A DNA stretch of 64,000 bases, from NCBI GenBank assembly GCA_032250835.1, contig JAVVEA010000003.1, positions 153,458-217,457 of the forward strand, in the 5' to 3' direction. The notes under the pieces are model-generated. The model made no database searches. It had not been told where the DNA came from and saw only the letters and a program-made list of their open reading frames with translations. The position numbers were made by a program, and so were the translations under genes. Source of the DNA: a bacterium (lineage in GTDB: Bacteria; SAR324; XYD2-FULL-50-16). Positions 37,786-47,914 of this stretch are shown piece by piece; the stretch's first letter is position 1, and every line of letters begins with the position of its first letter.

Positions 37786-39462
37786 CTAGAAGTCGATCCG
37801 GGTGATCCGTACGCCCAGTTGGTCATCGTTGATTTGAACCACTTCGCCTTTGGCGATCACTTCACCGCCCAAGACGATGTCCACCGGGTCGCCGATCTTG
37901 CGGTCTAGCTGGATCACCGAGCCATAGTTCAGGCGGGTCAAGTCGTCGCCCGTCAGGTTGGCTTGGCCGACCTCCACCTTTAACTGGTGGGGGATGCGGT
38001 AGAGCAGGCTCTTGCCCACCAAGCCATCGGCACCGGGGCGCTCATAGCTTTGGCTGGGCGATTGGGGGGCCATGGCTGCCGCCGGAGCGCCGCCTAGGTC
38101 TACTTTCATGCGTTCTGAAGCGCTGGCCGTCTCTTCGATCTCAAAGTCATGGTTTTCCTCTTCGTCGATGCCGCTGTCAAAGGAGTCCATCGGCTCTTCT
38201 AAGTCGCCGAAGGCGTCGCTGTCGTCCTCTTCTTCAAAGGCGCTGGAGCCAAAATCTTCGGTGCTGGCGTCATAGCCGCCAAAGGATTCTTCTTCGGGTT
38301 CTTCTAAGTCGCCAAAGTCCGCTTCGTCGGTCTCGCCAAAGTCGGTGCTGAGTTCGGCCTCAGCCTCGGGCATGTCCAGGTCGTCCTCCATGGCTTCAAG
38401 GTCCGGCATTTCTTCTTCCACTTCTTCTAGTGCGGCAAACTGCTCGTCTTCGTCGGCGTCATCAAAGCCATATTCGCCGGGCATTTCCAGCTCTTCTTCC
38501 TCTAAACCAACCCCGCCGATTTCTTCCAGATCGTCCTCGGCAAGGTCCTCGGGAAGCGACTGGTCCAATTCTTCTTCAAGCAGGTCTTCCTGGTGCCCTT
38601 TGAGGTCCATTTCCTTTTCCGAAAGATCCACTAAGGTGTCTTCGGGCAAGGTGGGCGGCTCTTCAAAGTCTTCTTCCTCTTCTTCATCCAGGCTGCCCAT
38701 CTCGTCTGCGCCTAAGTCCGCGTCGAAGCTGTCGTCGATCTCGGCGTCTAACTCGCCCAGATCGGCCTCCATCTCATCGCCGCCTAGTTCATCGGCCAGG
38801 GGTTCTAACTCGTCACTGCCCAGATCATCCCCAAAATCGTCGCCCATGGGCTCACTAAAGTCCGATTCCATCGGGTCTCCCAGGTCCAGGTCGCCTTCGG
38901 CTTCTAAATCTTCTTCACCCAGGTCCAGGTCGTCCTCGATTTCCGGTAGTTCGCCTAGGTCTTCGTCGGCGGCCTCGGCGTCGTGTACCTCCATCGACTC
39001 GTCTAAAACTAGGTCCTCGTTGAGGCTGGCTAATTCGCTTTCTAGGTCGTCGTCTGAATCGACCTGCATCACGTCAGAAGAGTCATCGTCACTGGGGATT
39101 TCGCTTTCATCGACGCCCAATTCGGCCTCTAAGTCGCTCATGTCAAGCTCGTCGCCGCCGGTTTCGACTTCCGGGGGCTCTTCTCCCAGGTCCATGTCGG
39201 CGTCTAGGTCCATATCTAGGTCGCCGCCCATATCCAGGTCATCGTCGCCGCCTAGATCCATGGCGGCATCGTCACCATCTAGGTTGTCTGAGCCTAGGTC
39301 GTCGCCGAAGTCCAGGTCATCGCCCAGGTCGGCCCCTAGGTCCATATCCCCGCCTAGGTCGTCTCCACCCAGGTCCAGGTCGTCGTCAAGCGCGAGGTCG
39401 TCTACCCCTTCGTTGTCGTCTAGATCCAGGTCCAGATCCAGGTCCATTTCTTCGTTGGCCAT
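37786..39462 (-). CDS. FliN/SpoA C-terminal domain protein with long acidic low-complexity region
   Basis: C-terminal LKVEVG...GSVIQLDR..GDPVDI...AKGEVV...LGVRITRI; ~480 aa D/E/L/G-rich. Confidence 0.8.
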   Translation of the reverse strand: MANEEMDLDLDLDLDDNEGVDDLALDDDLDLGGDDLGGDMDLGADLGDDLDFGDDLGSDNLDGDDAAMDLGGDDDLDMGGDLDMDLDADMDLGEEPPEVETGGDELDMSDLEAELGVDESEIPSDDDSSDVMQVDSDDDLESELASLNEDLVLDESMEVHDAEAADEDLGELPEIEDDLDLGEEDLEAEGDLDLGDPMESDFSEPMGDDFGDDLGSDELEPLADELGGDEMEADLGELDAEIDDSFDADLGADEMGSLDEEEEEDFEEPPTLPEDTLVDLSEKEMDLKGHQEDLLEEELDQSLPEDLAEDDLEEIGGVGLEEEELEMPGEYGFDDADEDEQFAALEEVEEEMPDLEAMEDDLDMPEAEAELSTDFGETDEADFGDLEEPEEESFGGYDASTEDFGSSAFEEEDDSDAFGDLEEPMDSFDSGIDEEENHDFEIEETASASERMKVDLGGAPAAAMAPQSPSQSYERPGADGLVGKSLLYRIPHQLKVEVGQANLTGDDLTRLNYGSVIQLDRKIGDPVDIVLGGEVIAKGEVVQINDDQLGVRITRIDF

Positions 39463-39592
39463 GATAATCCCTCGGATTCGCCCATAGGTTGGGTTAAAAT
39501 TGCTTGCCTTCGGTGGCTGCCAGTTCGACAATGGGGCTTTACCTCAACGCGCCCAAAAGTATCGGGCCCGTCCACCTGGGTTTGCCCTGGCA

Positions 39593-40255
39593 ATGCGAAA
39601 AAAAGACCAAATCGCTGCGGCGATCAAAAAAGTTTTTCCTCAACTCCCCTTCGAGCCGGTCCACCTGGACCGCTTCGAGCTTTACCTAGAACAGCTCGAA
39701 CGCTGGAATGCCAAGATCAATCTGACCGCCGTAACGGGCTTCGAAGCGCTGTTAGAAAAACATATCCTAGACAGCCTAGCGGGCTTAGAAATGGCCCGGA
39801 GCCAGTCGATCCTTTTGCATGGCAAGGCCATCGACTTGGGCTCGGGAGCCGGGCTACCGGGGTTGATTATAGCAGCGCTCTTTGAGCAAGTCGAGATCGA
39901 CTCGATAGATGGGGTCGGGAAAAAGGCGGCGTTCCAAGAAACATTGCGCCTTCGGATGGGCCTAAAATCCTTTGCGGCCCATGGCTGCCGTTATGAAGAA
40001 TGGGTCAAAGGGCGGCAAGAAAGTTACGATTTTCTTTTTGCCCGCGCCTTAGCTTCCATGCCGCAGCTGATGCCCTGGGCCAGGGACTTCTTAAAATCTG
40101 GCGGCGAGGCCTGGCTTTGGAAAGGTGAGTTGTTTGAGCACGAATGGGCCCAGGTTCCTGGGGGCCTCAAGGAAAACTTCACGGAGCCCCAGAGCTTTCC
40201 TTACCAGATCAATGAGTACCTAGGTGGGCGCATCATCCGCCTGCAAAAGCTTTAA
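39593..40255 (+). CDS. rsmG: 16S rRNA m7G527 methyltransferase
   Basis: WNAKINLTA, HILDSL, DLGSGAGLPG, ARA. Confidence 0.92.
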   Translation: MRKKDQIAAAIKKVFPQLPFEPVHLDRFELYLEQLERWNAKINLTAVTGFEALLEKHILDSLAGLEMARSQSILLHGKAIDLGSGAGLPGLIIAALFEQVEIDSIDGVGKKAAFQETLRLRMGLKSFAAHGCRYEEWVKGRQESYDFLFARALASMPQLMPWARDFLKSGGEAWLWKGELFEHEWAQVPGGLKENFTEPQSFPYQINEYLGGRIIRLQKL

Positions 40256-41145
40256 AACCGCAGGTGGGGGAAGTATTCCTTCAAGGCCCACAACAAATTT
40301 CGGGTCTGCTCAAAGCGGTTCATGGTGTAAAAATGAAAATCCCTCAAACCCGCCAAAAGTAGCTCTTCTACCTGCTCAATAGCGTAGTCTGTACCGAACC
40401 GCTCCATCTCGCTGGCGTCGCCGCCCCATTTGTCTAAGCCTTTTTGCAACTTAGGCGGAATCGAGGTGCGCGACAACTGGGCAATCCGCGCCACTTGCTT
40501 GGCGTTTGAAAGCGGGAAGATGCCTGCGGTCACCGGAATGGTGACTCCGGCCTGATCCAGCTTCTCTTTAAAGTCGAACATCACCTGGTTGTCAAAAAAC
40601 AACTGGGTCACGATCCCGTCCGCCCCGGCGTCGATCTTTTCCAAGAGGTGTTTGAAGTCTGTTTCTTTGTCGGGATTTTCCATATGCCCTTCGGGATACC
40701 CGGCCACCAAGATGCCGGCATCGGTGTGCTGGCGGATAAAGGCAACTAATTCCGAGGCATAGCCAAAGCCGTTTTCAGGTCTGGTGAAGCTGTCGGACCC
40801 TTTGGGCGGGTCACCACGCAACGCCAACACGTTGTGGATGCCATGGAATTCTAGGGACTTGAGCAGCTCTAAAACCTGATCCTGGCTCAGATGGGCACAG
40901 GTAAAGTGCGCCACGCAGGTGGTTTCGGCCAAGTTGGTGATGGCGCTGGCGATTTCCAGACTCTTTTCGGCGGTCGTCCCGCCCGCTCCATAGGTTACCG
41001 AGAAAAAGTCGGGCCGTAGGTTTTTTAACTTCGCGATGGTCTGGTATATCTGGCGCAGCCCCGACTCGGTTTTCGGCGGGAATAACTCAAAAGAAACGTG
41101 GGTCTGGTAGCGGTACAGATTCCGGATATTGCGTTGGTGCGGCAT
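40252..41145 (-). CDS. metF: 5,10-methylenetetrahydrofolate reductase
   Basis: SFELFPPK, SVTYGAGG, ALRGDPP, AGYPEGH, TQLFFD, HFYTMN. Confidence 0.95.
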   Translation of the reverse strand: MPHQRNIRNLYRYQTHVSFELFPPKTESGLRQIYQTIAKLKNLRPDFFSVTYGAGGTTAEKSLEIASAITNLAETTCVAHFTCAHLSQDQVLELLKSLEFHGIHNVLALRGDPPKGSDSFTRPENGFGYASELVAFIRQHTDAGILVAGYPEGHMENPDKETDFKHLLEKIDAGADGIVTQLFFDNQVMFDFKEKLDQAGVTIPVTAGIFPLSNAKQVARIAQLSRTSIPPKLQKGLDKWGGDASEMERFGTDYAIEQVEELLLAGLRDFHFYTMNRFEQTRNLLWALKEYFPHLRF

Positions 41146-41214
41146 GGATACTTTAGGGTTCAGCGTTGTAGATGGCTGCTATCTTGCCTCAGTAGAGCCG
41201 GCTTGTACAGCCCA

Positions 41215-43950
41215 TTAAGTAGGACTGTGGTAGGTTCTGAGCTGAGTTAGGGTGTCCGGAAAAAGGGCTTCTAATTGGAGCATAAGATTTTTGACGCTCT
41301 GTAGGTCATTGTCATTGGAGCTTACTTCGATTTCATAACAGACCGCCGCCATCTTTTCGGCCCCTAAGTTGCCCGCCAAGCCGCCTAGTTGGTGGCTCAA
41401 CCGCATGATCTCCACTTCCAGGCCCTGGTGTATTGCCTGGCCGATTGCTTCGATCAACTGAGGCACCAAGAGGGCAAATTGGTCGCGCAGCGCTTCGAAA
41501 AAGGCACCGCCCACGTTGAGCCGGGTTTGAACGATCACTTGGTTGACCAACTGGGGATTGCCTATGGGCCGGGCAATCGCTTCTAAGTGCCGCTTCTTCT
41601 TTAAGGCCCGCCCCCAGACGGATAGCACCGAACCGACGTCCTTGGGAATGATGGGTTTAGGTAGTAGGTCCCGCATGCCCGCTTTTAAGTAATCTTCGCG
41701 GTCCTGGGGCAACAGGTTGGCGGTCATCGCCAAGATAACCGGGCAAGACTCGGGCGGCAACTGGGCCAGGATCTCTTGGGTCGCCTCGATTCCGCCTTTG
41801 ACGGGCATCCGGATGTCCATGAAGATTAGGTCATAGGCGTTGGCCAAGGCTTTTTCAACGCCCAGGGCTCCGTTTTCAGCCAAATCGGCTTGATAGCCAT
41901 ATTTCTCAAAGATCTTAAGCGCCAACATCTGGTTGATGTGGTTGTCTTCTACCAACAAAATTTTTAGCGGGTAGTTCTGTGCTAGATTAGGCAAACCCCT
42001 GGATTCTTCAAAGTTGGTTTCTCCAAGGGGCTGTCCCAGTAGCGCGGTGAGCAAGGTTTCCTCACGTACCGGCTTGCGTATCAACTGCATCCCAGGGGGC
42101 AGATCGGGGCGCTCTCCTAGGCCCACTAAGGCCAACTGGATCACCTCTGGCGGCAGAGGGGGCAAGTCTTTCAGCCATTCTAAACGGTTTTCGCCTACAT
42201 AAGGTACTTCAACGATCAAGGCGCAAGGCGCGTTGGTGGCGAAGATCCGGGCTAAAGCTTCGGGCGAAGGGGCCGGGATTTGGGTGATTCCATGGGGCGA
42301 AAGCAGGTCGTCTAGGGCCTTTAAATACCGCTCACTGGCGCTCACCACCGCTAGGCGCATTCCTTTGAGGGCACTAAGGTCCGGTAACAGCAATGGGTCG
42401 CTGGGCGACGCCGCAATCTGGGCGGGCAGCGTAAAGGCGAACTGGGTTCCCTTCCCGGTATCGCTTTCAAGCCAAATCTTTCCACCCATTAATTCCACCA
42501 GCCTACGTGAAATATTCAGGCCCAATCCGGTGCCCCGGTCTTGGTGTCCCACTCCTTGTACAAAGGCCTCAAAGAGATGTTCCCGCTTACTTCGCGGGAT
42601 GCCGGGGCCGGTGTCGGCGACCACAAAACGGAGTAAAGTCTGGTCTGGTTCGGTGGGCTCAAGCCACAGCTCCACCCGGACTTCGCCTTTCTCGGTGAAC
42701 TTGAGGGAGTTCCCGATTAGGTTGATTAAAATTTGGCGGACCCGGGTTCGGTCTAAAAAGACGGCCCGTGGGATGGCCGGGTCAAAGTGGGTGTATAATT
42801 CTATGCGGGCTTCGCTGGACTTTAGGGCAAAGAGGTCTAGGGTCTCTTCGATCAGTTTGCGCGGTTCGGTGGGGCTGGGGTTGAGCACAAACTTACCGGC
42901 TTCGATCTTCGAGAGGTCTAAAACCTCGTTGATGATCATCAACAGGTAGTCGCCGGAATATAAAATGGTGTCGAGGTATTCGCGTTGGTCCCGGTTTAGC
43001 GGCGTGTCGGCAAGCAAATTGGCCACGCCGATGACCCCCGAAAGGGGCGTGCGGATTTCATGGGACATGCTGGCTAAGAAGGCGGCCTTTGAAGCCGAGG
43101 CTTCTTCGGCGTGGCGGCGGGCCTCTTCGGCTTCTTGGGTGCGGCGGGCGACGGTTTCTTCAAGGTGGTCTAGGTGCTCGGCCAAAGCGGTCTCAACCCT
43201 TGAAATCTGGGCTAAGCCCTTTTGGCTGCGCCAGCTAATCGCCAACAGTACCGCCAAGCCGATCGAGTAAAAAAGCGCATGGGAGGCCTGGTGGTGCTCT
43301 ACTTGCTCTTGCTCTAGTTCCAAGTAACGCTCCATAGGCACCGACACGGTGATGCCGCCGCGTATATCGCCTAATTTATAGCCCTGTTGTGCATGGCAAG
43401 TGAGGCAGCCCGACTCGGTTACCAGGGGACGCATCATCCGTAAAAAAGGCTTGCCCTGGATTTCGCTGAGTTCCTTGGCTTCGGTAACCCCTTGCTCAAA
43501 ACTCTCTAAGGCCTTTCGCTCCCATGGGTCAGGTGTATTCTTGGGGTTGATCGGCTTGAGGCTGGTGATACGCCCATAAACACCGTACATCTCCGAGTAA
43601 CGTTCCAATAGTTGACGGAAAGCGTAGGCCGGATTGAGCAGGGTCAACTGGCGGCCTGAGGGCGTTAGTATATCGCGTTCGGGGACTTTAAGGTAGGGGT
43701 TGGGCGGCGTCGCATCGGTAACGGGGACATAGACCCCGCCATGGCTAGCGGCCCAACTGCGAAAAGCTAAGTCTTTGTAAAAGGCGGCCCTGGCGGCGTT
43801 GAGGGTTATTTCGCGGGTAACTCTGCGTTCATGGGACACATTGACCCAATAGGAGGCTACGACGGCACCGGTCCATCCGAGCAACGCCAAAAAAGCATAG
43901 AGCCAAAGACGCCAGAGTCTTTGTTGGTAATGTTGCCGCGGGTCCGCCAT
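41215..43950 (-). CDS. Hybrid histidine kinase with periplasmic heme-c (DUF3365-like) sensor
   Basis: HGGVYVP, LLNPAY, PDPWE, CLTCH; SHEIRTPL; REC; HPt SHQLGG. Confidence 0.9.
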   Translation of the reverse strand: MADPRQHYQQRLWRLWLYAFLALLGWTGAVVASYWVNVSHERRVTREITLNAARAAFYKDLAFRSWAASHGGVYVPVTDATPPNPYLKVPERDILTPSGRQLTLLNPAYAFRQLLERYSEMYGVYGRITSLKPINPKNTPDPWERKALESFEQGVTEAKELSEIQGKPFLRMMRPLVTESGCLTCHAQQGYKLGDIRGGITVSVPMERYLELEQEQVEHHQASHALFYSIGLAVLLAISWRSQKGLAQISRVETALAEHLDHLEETVARRTQEAEEARRHAEEASASKAAFLASMSHEIRTPLSGVIGVANLLADTPLNRDQREYLDTILYSGDYLLMIINEVLDLSKIEAGKFVLNPSPTEPRKLIEETLDLFALKSSEARIELYTHFDPAIPRAVFLDRTRVRQILINLIGNSLKFTEKGEVRVELWLEPTEPDQTLLRFVVADTGPGIPRSKREHLFEAFVQGVGHQDRGTGLGLNISRRLVELMGGKIWLESDTGKGTQFAFTLPAQIAASPSDPLLLPDLSALKGMRLAVVSASERYLKALDDLLSPHGITQIPAPSPEALARIFATNAPCALIVEVPYVGENRLEWLKDLPPLPPEVIQLALVGLGERPDLPPGMQLIRKPVREETLLTALLGQPLGETNFEESRGLPNLAQNYPLKILLVEDNHINQMLALKIFEKYGYQADLAENGALGVEKALANAYDLIFMDIRMPVKGGIEATQEILAQLPPESCPVILAMTANLLPQDREDYLKAGMRDLLPKPIIPKDVGSVLSVWGRALKKKRHLEAIARPIGNPQLVNQVIVQTRLNVGGAFFEALRDQFALLVPQLIEAIGQAIHQGLEVEIMRLSHQLGGLAGNLGAEKMAAVCYEIEVSSNDNDLQSVKNLMLQLEALFPDTLTQLRTYHSPT

Positions 43951-43977
43951 AGGTTCCCCTGGGGGGCTGAAGACGGA

Positions 43978-44316
43978 TTAGGGCTGTTCGGTTGCTAGAC
44001 AGCGACCAATTGAGCCTTTTTTGCAAATCGTCACTCCATCAACCCATAGAGCTCCCGTCAAGTCCGCACCTTTGAGGGACACACCGCTGAGGTTGGCTTT
44101 ATACAAGGTTGCCCCTCTAAGATTGGCGTTGTCCAGCCTGGAGCCTTGAAGGTTGGCCTCAGTCATGTCGAGGTTTTGAAGGTCAACGCCTACTAGGTAG
44201 CAGTTTACACAACGGTTTAAAATACGAATTTCTTCAAGGGGTTCGTAGGCCCAGGCAGGAGTCGTGATGATCCAGGCCAGTAATAGGCCGAGCATCCCTT
44301 TGTTGAACAAATTCAT
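43978..44316 (-). CDS. Secreted pentapeptide-repeat protein
   Basis: signal peptide; ANLQG/SRLDN/ANLRG/ATLYK/ANLSG repeats; CxxC. Confidence 0.85.
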   Translation of the reverse strand: MNLFNKGMLGLLLAWIITTPAWAYEPLEEIRILNRCVNCYLVGVDLQNLDMTEANLQGSRLDNANLRGATLYKANLSGVSLKGADLTGALWVDGVTICKKGSIGRCLATEQP

Positions 44317-44333
44317 AGGTTGCTGGGTGTAAG

Positions 44334-44432
44334 TCAGAGGTATTCGGTTTGTTGGGCTTCAAGGAGTTGAAGCGTAAAGGCGACCAGAAAGAAGGGTACT
44401 GAAATAACAAAAAACAATGTCTGACTGATCAT
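44334..44432 (-). CDS. Unannotated 32-aa membrane peptide
   Basis: GGAGG-N5-ATG; MISQTLFFVISVPFFLVAFTLQLLEAQQTEYL. Confidence 0.55.
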   Translation of the reverse strand: MISQTLFFVISVPFFLVAFTLQLLEAQQTEYL

Positions 44433-44530
44433 GTATTCCTCCAAATAGGATTCCGCAAATATTAAGGCTTATCAGGCCTTCGCGGGAAATAGTTGTGTCT
44501 ACATTAACAATCTTTCATGTCAAATGCACG

Positions 44531-44572
44531 AAAAAAAAGCCGTACAAATTGGGAATCTGTACGGCTTCTTCT
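44531..44572 (-). terminator. Intrinsic terminator of cytochrome c4 gene
   Basis: GCCGTACA/TGTACGGC stem with 8-T tail on minus strand. Confidence 0.8.
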
Positions 44573-44585
44573 TGCGTAGCGGAAC

Positions 44586-45209
44586 TTACTTTACATTGCT
44601 TAGATAAATGGCAATGGCGTGTAAGTCTTTTTCGGTCAACTTCTCACCCTGGAATTGCTCGCGCATCTTCAAGGCGTGGTTGTTGGTCCGTACTCCTTCC
44701 AAAATGCGCTTCATCTGCCAGAACAGATAGTCGGCATGCTGGCCGTTTAACTTGGGGTAGGCCAAGAACTTCGGATCGTCGCCTTTGCCTTTACCGCCAG
44801 CACCGTGGCACTGAGTGCAGCCCAGGTTTTTAAAGAGCGCCTCCCCTTTGGCTACGTCTGCGGCAGAGCCGCTAGGAGTCACCACGCGGGGCAGGCCCGA
44901 AAGATATTCGGCGATAGAGTCGATATCTTGGGGGGTGAAGTCTTTAAGCTTCGGGTGGTTTTTCATCAGCGGAGTAGAGCCTAGTTCGCGCTTACCGTAG
45001 ATGATCGCGTTGAACTGATTGATCAGGTACAGCTTGTTTTGCCCGGCCAAGTGGGGATACTGCGGGGTTTTAGAAGCCCCAGCGGGGCCGTGGCAGGCCA
45101 CGCACAACTTTTCTTTGAAAAGGGTCTTGCCGTCTTTTGCCCAAACGAGTGAGCTGGCCGAAAAGACCGCGAAAGCCAGCGTCAGCCCATAGATCAACGC
45201 TTTTTTCAT
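44586..45209 (-). CDS. Diheme cytochrome c4-type
   Basis: signal peptide, CVACH, YPHLAGQ, CTQCH, YPKLNGQ. Confidence 0.9.
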   Translation of the reverse strand: MKKALIYGLTLAFAVFSASSLVWAKDGKTLFKEKLCVACHGPAGASKTPQYPHLAGQNKLYLINQFNAIIYGKRELGSTPLMKNHPKLKDFTPQDIDSIAEYLSGLPRVVTPSGSAADVAKGEALFKNLGCTQCHGAGGKGKGDDPKFLAYPKLNGQHADYLFWQMKRILEGVRTNNHALKMREQFQGEKLTEKDLHAIAIYLSNVK

Positions 45210-45494
45210 AAGAGTACCTCAGAGCGCTTGTAAAATTGGATTCGGTCAAACAGGATAAAAGAGGCCGAGGCGATACCCTCTTAATTCATTGCCTAAGGCA
45301 CAGCCTCAATGGAGTTCGGTTATACTGAAAATAATCGACAAAACCAAGTCTTTTGGAAAAGCTTTTTAAAAAAGATGGCAGTTTCCGGAAAGGGGTTTTC
45401 TCAGTATGCTGAAACCACTAAACACTTTTTATTTCCGGTGGGGCGGTATTGTAATTTCGGTATATATCAACACTGTAATCACAAGGGAGTGGCC

Positions 45495-45968
45495 ATGGGC
45501 TTCAAACGAACGTTCAGCAGCGTGATTTTGATTTTCGGTTTGGTCGGTGGCCTTTGGGCTGCGGGCCTGAGCCTAGATCTTGCCCAAATGGGCTTGAGTG
45601 ACCAATGGGACCAGCCCTTGGCCAATCCCAGCGAAGTCCGCTGGCTCTTAGTTAGCGGAGACAAAGCCGCCCACTCGGAGGTGCATGAGTATTTTAATGA
45701 GCAAGGGGCCGATTGGCTGCAACGCCAGGGGTTGGTTTATTTAAGTGATATTAGCGCAATGCCCAGTCTGATCACCAAGATGTTTGCCCTGCCGAAGATG
45801 CGCAAATACCAATACCCTCTTTACTTAGACCGCAGCGGAGAGCAGGTAGGACCGATCCAGCCGCCCCAGGGCAAGTTGCTGCTGGTGGAACTGGCTAACG
45901 GGCAGGCACAGTCGGACCGGCTGGTTTCTAGTTTAAAGGAACTGCTCAGCGCGCTGGAGAGCCCATGA
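45495..45968 (+). CDS. Hypothetical secreted protein
   Basis: signal peptide; LSDQWD, DISAMPSLITKMFALPKMR; RBS AGGGAG. Confidence 0.7.
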   Translation: MGFKRTFSSVILIFGLVGGLWAAGLSLDLAQMGLSDQWDQPLANPSEVRWLLVSGDKAAHSEVHEYFNEQGADWLQRQGLVYLSDISAMPSLITKMFALPKMRKYQYPLYLDRSGEQVGPIQPPQGKLLLVELANGQAQSDRLVSSLKELLSALESP

Positions 45969-46627
45969 GCCGCTTTAAGGCCCTAATCTTCGATCTCGAT
46001 GGGACCCTGCTTGATTCCCTTGAAGACCTTGCTTCGGCCACCAACCGGATGTTAGAGCGTCAGGGCTTTATGCCCCACCCGGTTGCTGCCTACCGGCAGT
46101 TTGTCGGTGAGGGAGCCCGGCATTTGGTAATTTCTGCCCTGCCGGTCGGAACCAGCGAGGCACAGATCGAGGTTTGTTTGGAAGATTTCCGCCGGGACTA
46201 TGAAAAAAATTGCCATATAGATTCTGGTCTTTATCCGGGTGTTGAAGCCATGCTTGGTGACTTAGAACAAATGGGTCTACCCAAGGGCATTCTTTCGAAC
46301 AAGCCCCATGAGATCACTTGCGATTGTGTGGGCCACTTTTTGCAAAACTATTCTTTTGCGCCCCTTTGGGGGCACCGGGAAGGAAAACCGCGTAAGCCAG
46401 ACCCTACCTCGGCCCTTGAAATGGCAGAGCAAATGGGGGTCGATCCGGTCGATGTGTTGTATCTGGGGGATACGGCAATTGACATGAAAACGGCGGTGGC
46501 GGCGGGATTTTTTCCTATGGGCGTTTCCTGGGGTTTTCGGCCGAGTGAATTGATCGAAGCCGGAGCCCGTAAGGTCATTGACCATCCTGGGGAATTAGCG
46601 GAGTTCCTAAAGACTCCCATTGGCTGA
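45965..46627 (+). CDS. HAD-family hydrolase (phosphoglycolate phosphatase-like)
   Basis: IFDLDGTLLDS, LSNK, KPDP, LGDTAID. Confidence 0.9.
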   Translation: MSRFKALIFDLDGTLLDSLEDLASATNRMLERQGFMPHPVAAYRQFVGEGARHLVISALPVGTSEAQIEVCLEDFRRDYEKNCHIDSGLYPGVEAMLGDLEQMGLPKGILSNKPHEITCDCVGHFLQNYSFAPLWGHREGKPRKPDPTSALEMAEQMGVDPVDVLYLGDTAIDMKTAVAAGFFPMGVSWGFRPSELIEAGARKVIDHPGELAEFLKTPIG

Positions 46628-46654
46628 GAACCATAATTATTTGAATGAGAGACC

Positions 46655-46894
46655 ATGAAACGACTGATCTACCTGATGCTTCCTGCGCTGCTTTTAGCTG
46701 CGAGCCCGGCCTTTGCCGTTATTTTGGACGAAGCACCGCGCAACAAAGCAGTGGCCTTTAAGAAGCAATACAACTGCACCGATGGCGAATGGCGTCAGGT
46801 CACTCGTCAGGTAACCAACCACAAAGGTCTGACCGAGCGCTATGTGGGCTACAAGTGCGTTAGAGCTGGCGACCGCAACAGCCAGGGCAGGTAA
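46655..46894 (+). CDS. Small secreted hypothetical protein
   Basis: signal peptide MKRLIYLMLPALLLAASPAFA; two Cys. Confidence 0.65.
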   Translation: MKRLIYLMLPALLLAASPAFAVILDEAPRNKAVAFKKQYNCTDGEWRQVTRQVTNHKGLTERYVGYKCVRAGDRNSQGR

Positions 46895-46972
46895 GGTGCT
46901 AGTTCCGGGGAGGGCATAGACAAGCTAAAGGGCTTGGGCTATGTTTTTTTAAACCCCTGCTTCAAGGACTAG

Positions 46973-47914
46973 ATGAACCAGCCCCGAGCCATTGTGCTGG
47001 GCATGGGCTCCATTGGACGCCGCCATGCCCGCCTGCTCGCCGAGATGTCGATCCCTTTGGCCGCCGTCAGTGCGTACCCACAAGAGGGGATCCCCACCTA
47101 TGATGACCTGAATCAAGCGGTTCCTGATTTTGAGCCCACCCATGTGGTGGTGGCCAACCCGACGTCCATGCATCTGGGCTCCATCGAGTGGTTGGCGAGG
47201 TTGGGTTTTACCGGCAAAATGCTGGTAGAAAAACCGCTCTTTGACGGTCTTGGCTCGCCGAGTGGCGTGGACCGGACCCAGATCCAGGTGGCCTACAATC
47301 TCCGCTTCCATCCGCTACTCCAAAAACTTAAAAAACGCCTCCAAGGCCGCCGCGTGTTAACTGTCCAGGCTTACGTTGGGCAGTATTTGCCTACCTGGCG
47401 GCCCGAACGACCCTACCAAGAAAGTTATTCTTCGAAGCGTATGATGGGCGGCGGGGCGTTGCGCGACTTGAGCCATGAGTTAGACTACCTGAATTGGCTC
47501 TTTGGCCCCTGGGTTGCGCTCAGCGCGCTGGGCGGCAAGATCAGCGATTTGGAGATCGACAGCGACGACCATTTTTGCCTGCTTTACCAAACGACTAAGG
47601 ATGTCCGGGTAGGCCTAGAGGTCAACTATTTGGACCGCCGCACCAGCCGCCGCCTGAACGTCAACTGTGCCGATACCAGCTTTTATCTGGATTTTATCAG
47701 TGGCACCTTGAGCGAAGGGGATCAGGTCGAACAAGTCACCTTGGAGCGGGACCAGATGTATAAAGAGCAACTGCGGTGCTTTTTAGGACAAAATCCCGGC
47801 GATGCTTGTGATTATTTGCAGGCTATGGAGGTGATTGAAACCTTCGCCGCCGCCGAAGCGGCTAGCCGGCCGCCCTTTCGTTGGATCACCCGTAACTTGG
47901 AGAGCGACCTTTGA
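46973..47914 (+). CDS. Gfo/Idh/MocA oxidoreductase
   Basis: GMGSIGRRH, VEKP, GGGALRDLSHELD. Confidence 0.88.
   Translation: MNQPRAIVLGMGSIGRRHARLLAEMSIPLAAVSAYPQEGIPTYDDLNQAVPDFEPTHVVVANPTSMHLGSIEWLARLGFTGKMLVEKPLFDGLGSPSGVDRTQIQVAYNLRFHPLLQKLKKRLQGRRVLTVQAYVGQYLPTWRPERPYQESYSSKRMMGGGALRDLSHELDYLNWLFGPWVALSALGGKISDLEIDSDDHFCLLYQTTKDVRVGLEVNYLDRRTSRRLNVNCADTSFYLDFISGTLSEGDQVEQVTLERDQMYKEQLRCFLGQNPGDACDYLQAMEVIETFAAAEAASRPPFRWITRNLESDL

Noticed and set aside
38345-39487. 380-aa Ser-rich ORF on + strand
   Set aside because: Antisense shadow of the Asp/Glu-rich FliN-like gene (GAN codons read as Ser on the opposite strand).
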